A program made the translations under genes and the position numbers. From the NCBI GenBank assembly GCA_034423235.1, contig DAOUIX010000186.1:1-59966 (forward strand): a stretch of DNA of 59,966 nucleotides, written 5' to 3'. Of the stretch, positions 9,539-19,596 are shown in pieces. Below the pieces are notes generated by a model. That model saw nothing but the letters and a program-made list of their open reading frames with translations, was not told where the DNA came from and did not search any database. How positions within the stretch are numbered: the stretch's first letter is position 1; every line of letters starts with the position of its first letter. Origin of the DNA: Chloroflexota bacterium. GTDB lineage: Bacteria; Chloroflexota; UBA11872.

Positions 9539-11917
9539 GTGACTGAGCAAACTGATTCGCCTGCCGCTCCCGCGGCGGGTGGCCAGCGAGAGTTTGTCGC
9601 CGACACGCAGACGAGAGAACTGCTGGAGCTGCCAGTTGTCTTGGCACGGGTAGCCGAATCTGCCTCGTTCTCGGCCGCGCGCGCCGAGGTGCTGGCGCTG
9701 CAACCGAGCCTCGATAGCGCGACGGTGAGCGCGCGGTTGGAGCTGACGGCGCAAGGCCGCCAGTTTCTTGATGTCAGCCGCTCGTTCACCGTGGGCGCCG
9801 CGCGCGACGTGCGCGACCGAGCCGAACGGGCCGCGCGCGGCGCGCGGCTGGACCCCGCCGACCTGTTGGACGTCCACGACCACCTGCGCGCCACCCGGCT
9901 GGCCGTGGCGGCCGTAGGGCGACAGGCGGTCGTGCTTCCCGCGCTCTGGTCGCTGGTGGAGGCCGCCAGCGATCCGCCGGACCTGGAAGGTCGGATTGCG
10001 GCCGCCGTCGATGAAGAAGCTGAGGTTCGCGACGAGGCCTCCGAGGAGCTGTCGCGCCTGCGACGCATGCTGGCGCGGGCGCGCGGACGCCTGACGCGCC
10101 TGCTGGAACGCATGATTCAGCAGGTCTCCGCGGACGTATTGCGGGAGCGCATCGTCACCGAGCGCCGCGGGCGGCTGACCGTGCCGGTGCGGCGGGAACG
10201 GCAGCGAGACTTTCCAGGCGTGGTGCATGACGTCTCAGCCAGCGGCGCCACGGTGTTCATGGAGCCGCTGGCGGCGATTGAGGCAGGCAACGAGATTCGC
10301 TCGCTGGAGGTGGCCGAGCGCCGCGAGGTCGAGCGCATCCTGCTGGAACTCTCGGCGGCGGTGGGCGCGGCACGGCAGGCGCTGAACGCCGCCGTGCAGG
10401 CCCTGGCCGACCTGGACCGGACCCTGGCCGTCGCGCGCTATGCCGACGCCACGGAGGCCGTGGCGCCTGTCGTGAGCGATGACACGTCGTTCGATCTGCA
10501 AGCGGCCCGCCACCCGCTGCTGGAAACGCCGGTGCCAATTGATGTACATCTCGATGGCGTCGTGGACCGGGCATTGGTGATTACCGGCGCCAACACCGGC
10601 GGCAAGACCGTGGCCCTGAAAACGGTGGGGCTGCTGCACCTGATGGCGGCCTGCGGACTGCATATCCCCGCCAAACCCGGATCGAGGGTGGCCGTTTTCG
10701 AGCAGGTGGCTGCCGATATCGGCGATGCGCAGAGCATCGAACACAGCCTCAGCACGTTTGCCTCGCACGTACGCAACCTGCGGGCCATGGTTGAGGCTGC
10801 CGGCCCGGGCGCGCTGGCGCTGGCCGACGAGATCGGCGCAGGCACCGACCCGGATGAAGGCGCGGCCCTGGGACAGGCGGTCATTGCCGCGTTACTGGAA
10901 CGAGGCGCAACCGTGGTGGCCACCACGCATCACCCGGCCCTCAAGGCCTTTGCCGCCTCGCACCCGGCGACCCGAAACGCCAGCGTGGAGTTTGACCAGG
11001 CCACCCTGCGCCCGACGTACCGCCTGCGCCTGGGGATTCCGGGGTCCAGCAACGCCCTGGAGATTGCCGATCGTCTTGGTCTCGACGCGAAGATCGTGGA
11101 CGACGCTCGTCTGCGCATGTCGAAGGGGGCGCTGGACCTGGAACAAGCGATTGCCGACGCGCAGAACGCACGGGCAGCCGCCGAACGGGAACGTACCGCC
11201 AGCGCGCAGGCACGGAACGCCGCCGAACAATCGCGTCGCGAGCTCGACGACCACCTCAACGAACTCGAGCGAGACCGCGATGCCTTGCTACGCGACACGC
11301 GGCGGGCGGCTCGCGGGCTGCTGCGTGACGCCCGGCGGGCCCTCCAGGAGGCGAGGCGGGCGGCACGTTCCGGTCAGGCCGACGCCAGGCGCACGGCGCG
11401 CGCCAGCCTGGAGGCGACGGAGAAGCGGCTGGCTCCGTCGGCGACGCCACCAACTCAACCCGCCCAGCGCGGCCCGCTTGTAGTGCGCGTGGGCGACGAG
11501 GTGGCGGCCGACGGGTTCAGCGGCCGCGCCCAGGTGCTGAGCATCACGGAGCAGTCCGTGGAGGTCGCCATTGGCAGCGCTCGCGCCACCTTCGATCGCG
11601 CTCGCCTGCAACGAGTGTTTCCGGCGTCACCCCGTCCGCAACGCCGTCGCCGCCGCGCGCCCAGGGACGGAGGGACGCACGAGATTGATATTCGCGGGAT
11701 GCGGGCCGAAGAAGCAGCCGAGATGGCGGAACGTAGCGTTGACGACGCACTGCGTCAGGGTGCCACGTCCGTTCGCATCATCCACGGCAAGGGCACGGGC
11801 GCCCTACGCGCGGTCGTGGCCGAGGTGCTGACCGTGCACCCCTCGGTTCAGCGACACGCCGCCGCGCCGCTGAATGAAGGCGGCGACGGCGTCACGGTAG
11901 CGGCCCTACGCAACTAG
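9539..11917 (+). CDS. mutS2: Endonuclease MutS2 / ribosome-collision factor
   Basis: VITGANTGGKTVALKT, DIGDAQSIEHSLSTFASH, DEIGAGTDPDEG, C-terminal Smr (DIRGMR...IIHGKGTGAL). Confidence 0.95.
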   Translation: MTEQTDSPAAPAAGGQREFVADTQTRELLELPVVLARVAESASFSAARAEVLALQPSLDSATVSARLELTAQGRQFLDVSRSFTVGAARDVRDRAERAARGARLDPADLLDVHDHLRATRLAVAAVGRQAVVLPALWSLVEAASDPPDLEGRIAAAVDEEAEVRDEASEELSRLRRMLARARGRLTRLLERMIQQVSADVLRERIVTERRGRLTVPVRRERQRDFPGVVHDVSASGATVFMEPLAAIEAGNEIRSLEVAERREVERILLELSAAVGAARQALNAAVQALADLDRTLAVARYADATEAVAPVVSDDTSFDLQAARHPLLETPVPIDVHLDGVVDRALVITGANTGGKTVALKTVGLLHLMAACGLHIPAKPGSRVAVFEQVAADIGDAQSIEHSLSTFASHVRNLRAMVEAAGPGALALADEIGAGTDPDEGAALGQAVIAALLERGATVVATTHHPALKAFAASHPATRNASVEFDQATLRPTYRLRLGIPGSSNALEIADRLGLDAKIVDDARLRMSKGALDLEQAIADAQNARAAAERERTASAQARNAAEQSRRELDDHLNELERDRDALLRDTRRAARGLLRDARRALQEARRAARSGQADARRTARASLEATEKRLAPSATPPTQPAQRGPLVVRVGDEVAADGFSGRAQVLSITEQSVEVAIGSARATFDRARLQRVFPASPRPQRRRRRAPRDGGTHEIDIRGMRAEEAAEMAERSVDDALRQGATSVRIIHGKGTGALRAVVAEVLTVHPSVQRHAAAPLNEGGDGVTVAALRN

Positions 11918-11957
11918 TCGAGGTCGGCCGTCGGTCCAGGCCCTGATCTGAGTCGCG

Positions 11958-12137
11958 CTACTGGTGGAGCGTCTCGAAGTCGACGCCGGGTTCGACGCCA
12001 AACAGCTTGCGGGCGACCTCACGCCGAAAGTTGGCGGTCTGCTCCGAGGTCAGGACGTAGGCGGTCGCGAGACCTGCCGCGAATCCGGCGGGAAAAGCAA
12101 GCCCCACGCCCAGCAGGAGCATCTTGAATCCACGCAT
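11958..12137 (-). CDS. Small membrane protein, hypothetical
   Basis: MRGFKMLLLGVGLAFPAGFAAGLATAYVL; one TM segment; 8 nt downstream of rsfS. Confidence 0.55.
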   Translation of the reverse strand: MRGFKMLLLGVGLAFPAGFAAGLATAYVLTSEQTANFRREVARKLFGVEPGVDFETLHQ

Positions 12138-12145
12138 CGCCGACC

Positions 12146-12496
12146 CTACTGAACTCGCAGCACGACGGGCGCTTCCGTCCAAAACTCTTCCAATTGATAG
12201 TACGCCCGGCCGTCCTCGGAAAACACATGAACCACCACGTCGCCAAAGTCGGCCAGCACCCAGGCGTCCGCCGCCTCGCCTTCAATCAAGGGTCGCCGTC
12301 CGACCACGGCTTTCAACTCGCGGTCCAGCGCGTCGCGCACCGCGCGCATCTGGGGCGTGCTGGACACTGTCGTGACGACAAAGTAATCCGCCAGGACGCT
12401 CAGGCCGCGGATATCCAGCAGCAGGGTATCCGCCGCCCCGCGCGCGGCCACCGCATCCACGATGTGGCGCGCCAATTCAATCGGGCTCAGAGGCAA
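12146..12496 (-). CDS. rsfS: Ribosome silencing factor RsfS (Iojap)
   Basis: LLDIRGLSVLADYFVV...WVLADFGDVVVHVF...YYQLEEFW; TTG start 12496; follows nadD. Confidence 0.92.
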   Translation of the reverse strand: MPLSPIELARHIVDAVAARGAADTLLLDIRGLSVLADYFVVTTVSSTPQMRAVRDALDRELKAVVGRRPLIEGEAADAWVLADFGDVVVHVFSEDGRAYYQLEEFWTEAPVVLRVQ

Positions 12497-12521
12497 ACCG
12501 GAATTCGGGCAGGTGGCTGAA

Positions 12522-13148
12522 TCATATCGCCCCCGACCCATTCGTCCCGCCACTGGTGTAGAGATTGCGCGCGGCAATGTATGCGGCCACGGCCGGTGGC
12601 ACCCAGGCGTCAACCGATCCCCCCTCGGCGAGGACGGCACGGATCTGGGAGGCGGCGATGTCCACCGGCGGCATGCGGTGTACGTGGATCCGCCGGTCGG
12701 CCCTCGGGTGTAAGGCCAGCACCTCCGGCGGAATCTCCGTGCTGTGCCGGGGCCGCGGGACGGCGATGATCTGGGCCGCCGCCAGGATCCGGTCGGTCTT
12801 CCGCCAGGCCGGAAGTTCAGCCACGGCATCCGCGCCCAGGATGAGGAAAAACTCTGCGCCAGGGTGCCGGACCGCCAGTCGCTTGAGCGTGTCGATCATG
12901 TATGACCGTCCAGGCCGGTCGATATCAATGGCCGAGACTTCGAAGTCCGGCAGGCCATCAATGGCTTGACGGACCATTGCCACACGGTCTTGCGCTGAAG
13001 CCAGCGGCGCGGCGCGCAACGGCGACTGGCGCGCCGGGATGAAGAGGATGCGTTTCAGGTCATACGCCTCGCGCACGCTGCGCGCCACGGCCAAGTGTCC
13101 ACGATGGACCGGGTCGAACGTACCGCCGTAGATACCAATACGGCCCAT
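12522..13148 (-). CDS. nadD: Nicotinate-nucleotide adenylyltransferase
   Basis: IGIYGGTFDPVHRGHL, SYMIDTL, LILGADA, DIAASQIR. Confidence 0.95.
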   Translation of the reverse strand: MGRIGIYGGTFDPVHRGHLAVARSVREAYDLKRILFIPARQSPLRAAPLASAQDRVAMVRQAIDGLPDFEVSAIDIDRPGRSYMIDTLKRLAVRHPGAEFFLILGADAVAELPAWRKTDRILAAAQIIAVPRPRHSTEIPPEVLALHPRADRRIHVHRMPPVDIAASQIRAVLAEGGSVDAWVPPAVAAYIAARNLYTSGGTNGSGAI

Positions 13149-13149
13149 G

Positions 13150-14175
13150 TCAGGCAGCGCGAAGCGTCTGCGTACGACCCGACGCCGCACCGGCCAGCAC
13201 CGCGCGCGTCAACGCGACGGCCCGGACGCCGTCAGACAGATCGGGGAGCGACGCGCCGGCCGCAGCGGCGCTGGCAAGGGCCCGCACCAGATCACGAAGA
13301 GCCTGGCCATCTGGCTCGACTCGCGCCAACCAGGCGCCGCCCTCACGTTCGAGCGTGAGGCCGGGCAGCCGCGGCGGATCCAGAGGTCGACCGTCGAGCG
13401 GAATGATCTCCGCCACGGTCCAATTGGACCAGATCCGCATGCGGGTTACGCCGTCCGTCAGATCCAGTACCACCGGTCCGAATTCTGGATCGGCGCCTCC
13501 GCCGACGACCGTGAGCGAAGCATGTCGCTCGCGGTCAAAGTACAACTCGGCCGCCAACGCGTCGGCTCGAGGAGGCACGAACGCAGTCGCACGACCTTGC
13601 TTGGTGGAAGGCAGTGGGCCCCCGTCGGCCACGATCTCCGCCGGCTGGGCATCGAACAGGTGCATCAACAGATCCAGCGCGTGATGGGGCGAGGTCCACA
13701 GGGTTTCGCGAACGGACTTCGGCGCCTGCGGTGGGCCTACGTCGACGGCCGTGAACAGGTGGGCGAATCGTGGTTCTGGCACAACCGCGCGAAGAACTCG
13801 CACCAGCGGCTCAAATCGCCATTCGAAGGCCATGCGAACGCCTCCGGGCGCGCCCGCGGCGGCGCGAGCCGTGCGGCGAGCCTCAACGACGCCGCGGGCC
13901 AACGGCGGATTCGCCAGCACCTGGATTCCCGCCCGCACGGCTGCCAGCAGGGTGGCTGAGTCCGGGCGCGGGGCGGCCAAGATGAGCGTGTCGAGCGCCT
14001 GTCCGGCCCAACTGGTCGCCGCCTCGCCGCCAAGAGCGCCGGCGCAGGCTTGCGCCGCCGCCAGGTCGTCATCGACACAAAGGGTCACTTCGGCGGCGGC
14101 GATGGATGCCACGGCGGCGGAAAAGGCCGGGCCGCGAGCGCCGCAGCCCGTAATCCCGAAACGGTGCGCGAGCAT
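13150..14175 (-). CDS. Gfo/Idh/MocA-like oxidoreductase, divergent
   Basis: RFGITGCGARG Rossmann start; ANPP where EKP is usual; HHALDLL. Confidence 0.6.
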   Translation of the reverse strand: MLAHRFGITGCGARGPAFSAAVASIAAAEVTLCVDDDLAAAQACAGALGGEAATSWAGQALDTLILAAPRPDSATLLAAVRAGIQVLANPPLARGVVEARRTARAAAGAPGGVRMAFEWRFEPLVRVLRAVVPEPRFAHLFTAVDVGPPQAPKSVRETLWTSPHHALDLLMHLFDAQPAEIVADGGPLPSTKQGRATAFVPPRADALAAELYFDRERHASLTVVGGGADPEFGPVVLDLTDGVTRMRIWSNWTVAEIIPLDGRPLDPPRLPGLTLEREGGAWLARVEPDGQALRDLVRALASAAAAGASLPDLSDGVRAVALTRAVLAGAASGRTQTLRAA

Positions 14176-14259
14176 GGCACGAATCTGCGCAGGCGCGCGC
14201 GCCGCGTCAACCCACCGCGCGGGTTAGGATGCCGGCAGTCAGACGCGCGGAGAGACCTG

Positions 14260-15066
14260 ATGGCAGATGCGAACCCGCAACTGAGCGGCTGGGCGCTGGT
14301 GCTTGGCGCATCCAGCGGATTTGGAGCCGCCACGGCCCGCTATCTGGCTGCGTGCGGGATGGATGTCACGGGGGTGCACTTCGACCGGCGCAACACCCAG
14401 CATCTCGCGGACGCGGTCAAGCAGGACATCAAGGCCCTGGGTCGCCAGGCGCGTTTCTTCAACGTCAATGCTGGAAACTCCGCCGCGCGAACCAAGGTGC
14501 TCGACGCGATCACAGACGACGTTCAAGGCAACGAGCCGCCAATCCGGGTGCTGCTGCACTCCATTGCGTTCGGAACCACCGTGCCCTACGTCGGCATGGC
14601 AGGCGCGCCCGGCGTGACGCCCAAGCAGATGGACATGACGCTGGACCTGATGGCCCACACGCTCGTCTACTGGTCGCAGGATCTGGTTGAGCGTGAACTA
14701 ATGGCCCAGGGCTCGCGCATCTACGCCATGACCAGCGCGGGCACCTCGACGATCTGGCCCAGCTACGGTCCCGTCGGCGCGGCCAAGGCCGGCCTGGAGC
14801 AGCACATCCGGCAGTTGGCGGTGGAGTTGGCGCCACGAGGCATATCGGCCAACGCGATCCGGGCAGGCGTCACCGACACCCCGGCCTTGCGCAAGATTCC
14901 CGGCAATCAAGCCATGGTCGACCAGGCGCGGCGCATGAACCCGGCCGGACGAATCACCACGACCGAGGACGTAGCTCGAGCCATCGCGGCCCTCACCGTA
15001 GCCGAGGCCGCCTGGATCACCGGCAACGTGATCGGCGTGGACGGCGGCGAGAACCTGGTGATGTAG
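14260..15066 (+). CDS. SDR, FabL-type enoyl-ACP reductase-like
   Basis: LVLGASSGFG; Y-x6-K catalytic spacing (YGPVGAAK); GVTDTPALRKIPG. Confidence 0.8.
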   Translation: MADANPQLSGWALVLGASSGFGAATARYLAACGMDVTGVHFDRRNTQHLADAVKQDIKALGRQARFFNVNAGNSAARTKVLDAITDDVQGNEPPIRVLLHSIAFGTTVPYVGMAGAPGVTPKQMDMTLDLMAHTLVYWSQDLVERELMAQGSRIYAMTSAGTSTIWPSYGPVGAAKAGLEQHIRQLAVELAPRGISANAIRAGVTDTPALRKIPGNQAMVDQARRMNPAGRITTTEDVARAIAALTVAEAAWITGNVIGVDGGENLVM

Positions 15067-15243
15067 ACGGGTCGCGTTGCCGGTCGCCGGCGCATGAGGG
15101 CCAGCGTTAGCCTTGAATCACCGAGTCAACGGGCGGATTCGGCCTCGCGAGCGTCAACCGCCTGACGAGTGGCCCGAGTGGCCTGGGAGGGCACGCGACG
15201 AACCTAAGCGGGCAGGAGCGTCCAACGGCGAGCGCTGATTGCG

Positions 15244-15735
15244 TTAATCGCCCGAAGGATTGCTCGTCGCTCTCATGGAGTCATCCACCGCCCGAGAGAG
15301 CAGTTCGAGCGTATGCACCACGGTCTCCAACTGTTCCGTGTTCAGCCGCTCCAGCACCTGATCGATGCGCATTCGACCGATTCGCCAGACTGCGGCGACG
15401 GACTCGCGTCCCTGGTCCGTCAACTCACAGACCACGGCCCTGCGGTCACCCGGATCAAGATTCCGAGCCACCAGACCCTTGTTGACCAGACGATCCACGA
15501 TCGTGCTAGTAGCGGAGAGGGTGCTGTCCAATTGCCGGGCGATTTGCCCCATCCGTAAGGAACCCCCGTACTGCAGCACAGCCAGTGCCTTGATCTGCGG
15601 AATGGTCAGATCCATCCCATCCCACTCCTGCTTGGGGCCCGTGTGCATCTGCTGATTCAAATACTCAACCAACTCAATGAACCGGTCGGCCAGCGCTTGC
15701 CTGGAATCTTCGTGCATGAACTCCGAACCATTCAC
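15244..15735 (-). CDS. MarR-family transcriptional regulator
   Basis: LTIPQIKAL...LSATSTIVDRLVNKGLVARNLDPGDRRAVVCELT; start may be 15717. Confidence 0.9.
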   Translation of the reverse strand: MNGSEFMHEDSRQALADRFIELVEYLNQQMHTGPKQEWDGMDLTIPQIKALAVLQYGGSLRMGQIARQLDSTLSATSTIVDRLVNKGLVARNLDPGDRRAVVCELTDQGRESVAAVWRIGRMRIDQVLERLNTEQLETVVHTLELLSRAVDDSMRATSNPSGD

Positions 15736-15872
15736 CCTGTCACGCAGAGCGCTAGCGTAGACACATCAACTTGTGCCAACCCGCGACTGCTGAGCCGGGA
15801 AATCCACGCGTTCGTGGGCCAAGCGTAGGCTTGCAGCTTTCCGGCTGTCAACCGGGTAGCCTATCCGTGTAC

Positions 15873-15912
15873 TCCACCCGCGCCCCAGGCCATGGCCTGG
15901 GGCGCGGGTGGA
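15873..15912. repeat. Perfect 40-bp palindrome
   Basis: TCCACCCGCGCCCCAGGCCA|TGGCCTGGGGCGCGGGTGGA; no loop, no mismatch. Confidence 0.95.
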
Positions 15913-15926
15913 CGACGCGTTACCCT

Positions 15927-16284
15927 CTAAACTTGACCGATGGGATTCATCGGCTGGCCTGGGTCCGCAGGCTTCGAAGTCGTCGGCCAGTTGGATTCCG
16001 CCCAGCGGTCGGCGGGGCCCGGGTAGACCAAAAGCCGCGACCAGCACGGAGGCGTCAATAGCCATGGTCGCCTGCGGTCAGCGTCGCAAGAGCGCACGAT
16101 CCGCGACGGGCTGACCCACGGTTGCGCCAGGGCCGTGCGCCCCCGAACGACCCGCAACCAGGCGATGACGGTGGGCCGTAATGCGGTCTATTCCAGATCG
16201 CCGCGGCGAAACTCCACACGGAAATGCGGCGAGCTCGTCGCGCACGCCCTCGGGGACACCGCCAACGGTGGTCGGTACGGGCAT
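15927..16284 (-). pseudogene. Decayed VapBC/FitAB-like toxin-antitoxin pair
   Basis: Antitoxin MPVPTTVGGVPEGVRDELAA, then frameshift to EFRRGDLE*(16188-90)TALRPTVIAWLRVVR...DADRR; PIN start MAIDASVLVAA (16065), then frameshift to YPGPADRWAES. Confidence 0.65.
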
Positions 16285-16712
16285 GACGTCACAACGTTGC
16301 CGCCGCCAGTGCCTTGCAACCGCAGGTCATGCCCGAAGCATCGGCTGATCTCGGGACGGACGAGCGCAGGCGGCGTCCGGCGGCAACCGTGTCACGCTGT
16401 CCTGGCGAGCCTGGAATCCCAAGACGTGCTGTGGGTGGTGCGCGGCGACCGCGAAGCTTGACTTCGCCGTTCTCAGGCTGACGCGCTACGCTTAGGCCGT
16501 TGCTACCCGAGGTCAGTAAAGCGAGCCGGTCTATGTAACGTCCAGAGCGCGGGGATCGAGGATGAATCCTCGCGGGGCGCGCGCCCTCAACGTGCCGCCA
16601 CGGCAGGTGCGGCGCAGGCGCCCGAAAACGACACGTGGCGATGGGTGATTCCCGGCGACGACGCGCGGGCACGGAATTCAACCCTTTTCTCTCTGAATGG
16701 AGATACGCAACG

Positions 16713-18137
16713 ATGTCGCTTCTCTGGACGCGCGACGCGCCCCGCTGGGCGCTGACGGTTCGCGCGGCGACGGCCGTGTTGCTGGCGCTCACGGCCATCA
16801 TGCTCATCCGCAACATGGTCTTCGCCCAGGCCGACCCGTCGGGCGAGGCCACGCTGGAGGCCGACCCGACCGTCGGCGTCACCTTCGTATGGACGCTGCT
16901 CTCGGGTGCCCTGGTGTTCTTCATGCAGGCCGGTTTCGCCTTCCTGGGCGCCGGTCTCATCCGCGCGAAGAACACCGTCAACTACCTGACCAAGAACATC
17001 CTGGACTTCGCGGCCGGCGGCCTCTCGTTCTGGGCCTTCGGCTACGCGTTCATGTTCGGGGGGGCAGGCGAATCTTTGGGTCTTTCGGGAATGGACCAGG
17101 GCAATGCCTTCATCGGCTACTCCGGGTTCTTCCTGGTCAACCAGGCCTACGACGTCTCGACGGCCATGTTCTGGTTCTTCCAGATGGTCTTTGCCGCCAC
17201 CACGGCCACGATCGTGGCCGGCGCCGTGGCCGAGCGCACCAAGGTCACCGCCTACCTGGCCTACAGCTTCCTGGTGACCGCGCTGGTGTACCCGATCTAC
17301 GGGCACTGGATGTGGGGCGGCGGCTGGCTGGGCGGCGAGCAGCTGGAAAGCTGGATCGGCGCCGCGGCAGTGGACTTCGCCGGTTCCGGCGTGGTCCACA
17401 CCATCGGCGGCATGCTGGCCCTGGCCGGCGCGTACACCGTGGGCGCCCGCATGGGCAAGTACGGACCGAACGGCGAGGTCCGCGTGCTCAAGGGCCACAA
17501 CATGGTCTACGTGGTCATTGGGACGTTCATCCTGTTCTTTGGCTGGTTCGGCTTTAACGCCGGCAGCACCGTCAACGGCAACGACCCGCGCATCGCGGTC
17601 ATCGTTGCCAACACTTTCCTGGCCGGCGCCACCGGCGCGGTCACGGCCGCCTACATCCGGCTGGTGCAGCGCGGCAAGATCAGCGCGGCCGACACGGCCA
17701 ACGGCTCGCTGGCCGGCTTGGTCGCCGTCACCGCCCCCTGCGCCTTCATCGCGCCCTGGGCCGCGGTGGTGGTTGGCGCGGTCGGCGCGATCGTCATGCT
17801 GGCCGGTGTGTGGTTCATCGACACCAAGCTGAAAATCGACGACCCGATTGGCGCCTCGTCGGTTCACGGGGTAGCCGGGGTCTGGGGCCTGCTGGCGGTC
17901 GGCATCTTTGCCGACGGCACGTACGGCGTCAGCGGCTTCATTGCCGGCAACGGCGTCCAGTTCGTCGCGCAGTTGATCGCCGCCGTCGTGGCGGTCCTCT
18001 GGGCGCTGGGCACCGGACTCCTGCTCTTCCACGCGCTCAAGGCCACCATGGGCCTGCGCGCCTCACCCGAGGAGGAGATGAGCGGCCTCGACGTGCCGGA
18101 ACACGGGGAGGAAACCTACCCGGTCGAGGCTTCGTAG
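16713..18137 (+). CDS. amt: Ammonium transporter (Amt family)
   Basis: FFMQAGFAFL, DFAGSGVVH, FGWFGFNAGS, NGSLAGLVAVT, IDDPIGASSVHG (twin His); RBS GGAG before ATG 16713. Confidence 0.96.
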   Translation: MSLLWTRDAPRWALTVRAATAVLLALTAIMLIRNMVFAQADPSGEATLEADPTVGVTFVWTLLSGALVFFMQAGFAFLGAGLIRAKNTVNYLTKNILDFAAGGLSFWAFGYAFMFGGAGESLGLSGMDQGNAFIGYSGFFLVNQAYDVSTAMFWFFQMVFAATTATIVAGAVAERTKVTAYLAYSFLVTALVYPIYGHWMWGGGWLGGEQLESWIGAAAVDFAGSGVVHTIGGMLALAGAYTVGARMGKYGPNGEVRVLKGHNMVYVVIGTFILFFGWFGFNAGSTVNGNDPRIAVIVANTFLAGATGAVTAAYIRLVQRGKISAADTANGSLAGLVAVTAPCAFIAPWAAVVVGAVGAIVMLAGVWFIDTKLKIDDPIGASSVHGVAGVWGLLAVGIFADGTYGVSGFIAGNGVQFVAQLIAAVVAVLWALGTGLLLFHALKATMGLRASPEEEMSGLDVPEHGEETYPVEAS

Positions 18138-18167
18138 AGCCATTCCGCCCGCTCGCAACGGGCACCA

Positions 18168-18199
18168 CGAGGGGCCGCAGCGTCCGCCGCGGCCCCTCG
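18168..18199. terminator. GC-rich hairpin between convergent amt and FAD oxidase genes
   Basis: CGAGGGGCCGC/GCGGCCCCTCG 11-bp stem, 10-nt loop; no U-tract. Confidence 0.5.
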
Positions 18200-18216
18200 G
18201 CTGTTCTCGAACCGAT

Positions 18217-19596
18217 CTACTGGTGAGCTTCCAGCGCTTCGGTCGGCCACATGGCGCCGGGATTCATGATGTTGTCGGGATCAAAGGCGTGCTTGATGCG
18301 GCGCATGGCGTTGAGGGTCGGCGCGTCGTACGCCCGGTCGACGAAGGGCTGCTTCACCCGCCCCAGGCCGTGCTCGCCCGAGAGGATGCCGCCGGCCGCA
18401 AGCCCGGCATCCGCCACGATGGGCAGTAGGCCAAGGGCCCGGTCCCGTTCGTCCGGATCCGCCGGGTCGTAGAGCATGTTGGGATGCAGGGTGCCGTCGG
18501 CCGCATGGCCAAAGATGGCCACGACGACATCGGCGTGGTCCGCGGCCTGCTTGATCGCCGTGAAGGTTGGCGCGAGCTGCGAGTAGGGCACGCAGATGTC
18601 CTCGCCGATCTTGGCCGGGCGGATACGCGCCAGCGAAGCGGTGATTCCGCGCCGCGCCTCCCACCAGCGCTCGGCGCGGGCGGGATCCACACTATCCAGC
18701 CCGCCGCCGGCGGACTTGAGCAGATGGTCCAAGGCGGCGGCCTGGTCCCGAACCTCGCCTGCCTCGCCGTCCAATTCAACCAGCAGCAGTCCGCCGGCGG
18801 CGCGCGGGAAGCCCCACGACCGCGAGCGTTCCAGTGATTCGACCGTGATGTCGTCCAGAAACTCCAGCTTGGCCGGGGTGATGCCGCTCGCCATGATTGC
18901 CGCCACTACCTGCAGTGCGGCTTCGCCGTCGGGAAAGCCGGCGGCACGTACGGTGCGGTGGGACGGCAACGGGCGAAGCTGGAGCGTGATCCCGGTGACG
19001 ATGCCCAGCGTGCCCTCAGAGCCGATGATGAGGTCGATGACGGCATCGTCCGTGCCGCGCGTCAGGCACAGCAGCCCGTGGCGCGGCGTGACCACGCGCA
19101 GACCCACCACCGCGTCACGGGTGACGCCGTACTTGAAGGCGTAAGGCCCGCCGGCGTTGGTGGCCACGTTTCCGCCGATCGTGGCGGCCGCTTCGGACGA
19201 CGGATCGGGCGCATAGAACAAGCCGCACCTGGCGGCGTAGGCGCGAAAGTCTCGAGTGACGACGCCGGGCTCGACTGCGGCCCGGCGCCGCACGGCATCG
19301 AAGTCCGTGATGCGGCGCATTCGATTCGTGTCGATCAGCAGAGACCCATCGGGCGGAACCGCCGACGCCGACAGGCTGGTGGCCCCGCCGCGCGCGAGAC
19401 AGGAAACTCCGTGGTTGCCGGCCGCCACCAGCGCCTCAACGATCTGGGCTTCCGTCTCCGCCAGCATCACGGCGCCCGGGGCGCCACGGTAGCCCATCGT
19501 GGCGTCGTAGCCGTAAGCCACAAGCTCGTCGGGATCCGTCAGCAGGTGTACGGCGCCGTCAAGACGACGGAGTTCGGCAATCAGGACCGGATTCAT
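18217..19596 (-). CDS. FAD-linked oxidase, GlcD/D-lactate dehydrogenase family
   Basis: YAPDPSS..ATIGGNVATNAGG...KYGVTRD, GSEGTLGIVT, GHAADGTLHPN, SGEHGLG, FDPDNIMNPG. Confidence 0.92.
   Translation of the reverse strand: MNPVLIAELRRLDGAVHLLTDPDELVAYGYDATMGYRGAPGAVMLAETEAQIVEALVAAGNHGVSCLARGGATSLSASAVPPDGSLLIDTNRMRRITDFDAVRRRAAVEPGVVTRDFRAYAARCGLFYAPDPSSEAAATIGGNVATNAGGPYAFKYGVTRDAVVGLRVVTPRHGLLCLTRGTDDAVIDLIIGSEGTLGIVTGITLQLRPLPSHRTVRAAGFPDGEAALQVVAAIMASGITPAKLEFLDDITVESLERSRSWGFPRAAGGLLLVELDGEAGEVRDQAAALDHLLKSAGGGLDSVDPARAERWWEARRGITASLARIRPAKIGEDICVPYSQLAPTFTAIKQAADHADVVVAIFGHAADGTLHPNMLYDPADPDERDRALGLLPIVADAGLAAGGILSGEHGLGRVKQPFVDRAYDAPTLNAMRRIKHAFDPDNIMNPGAMWPTEALEAHQ

Noticed and set aside
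15766-16065. 99-aa ORF as an intact gene
   Set aside because: Only the first ~12 residues are PIN-like; the rest reads through a frameshift and the palindrome
16530-16560. GlnR/TnrA box upstream of amt
   Set aside because: GTAAC half-site only; spacing and second half do not fit
16587-18032. Long antisense or alternate-frame ORFs (also 29837..31312, 42344..43438, 45157..46260, 46653..47861, 49730..50968, 54353..55675, 58512..59576)
   Set aside because: Shadow ORFs of well-supported genes in high-GC DNA; no family motifs
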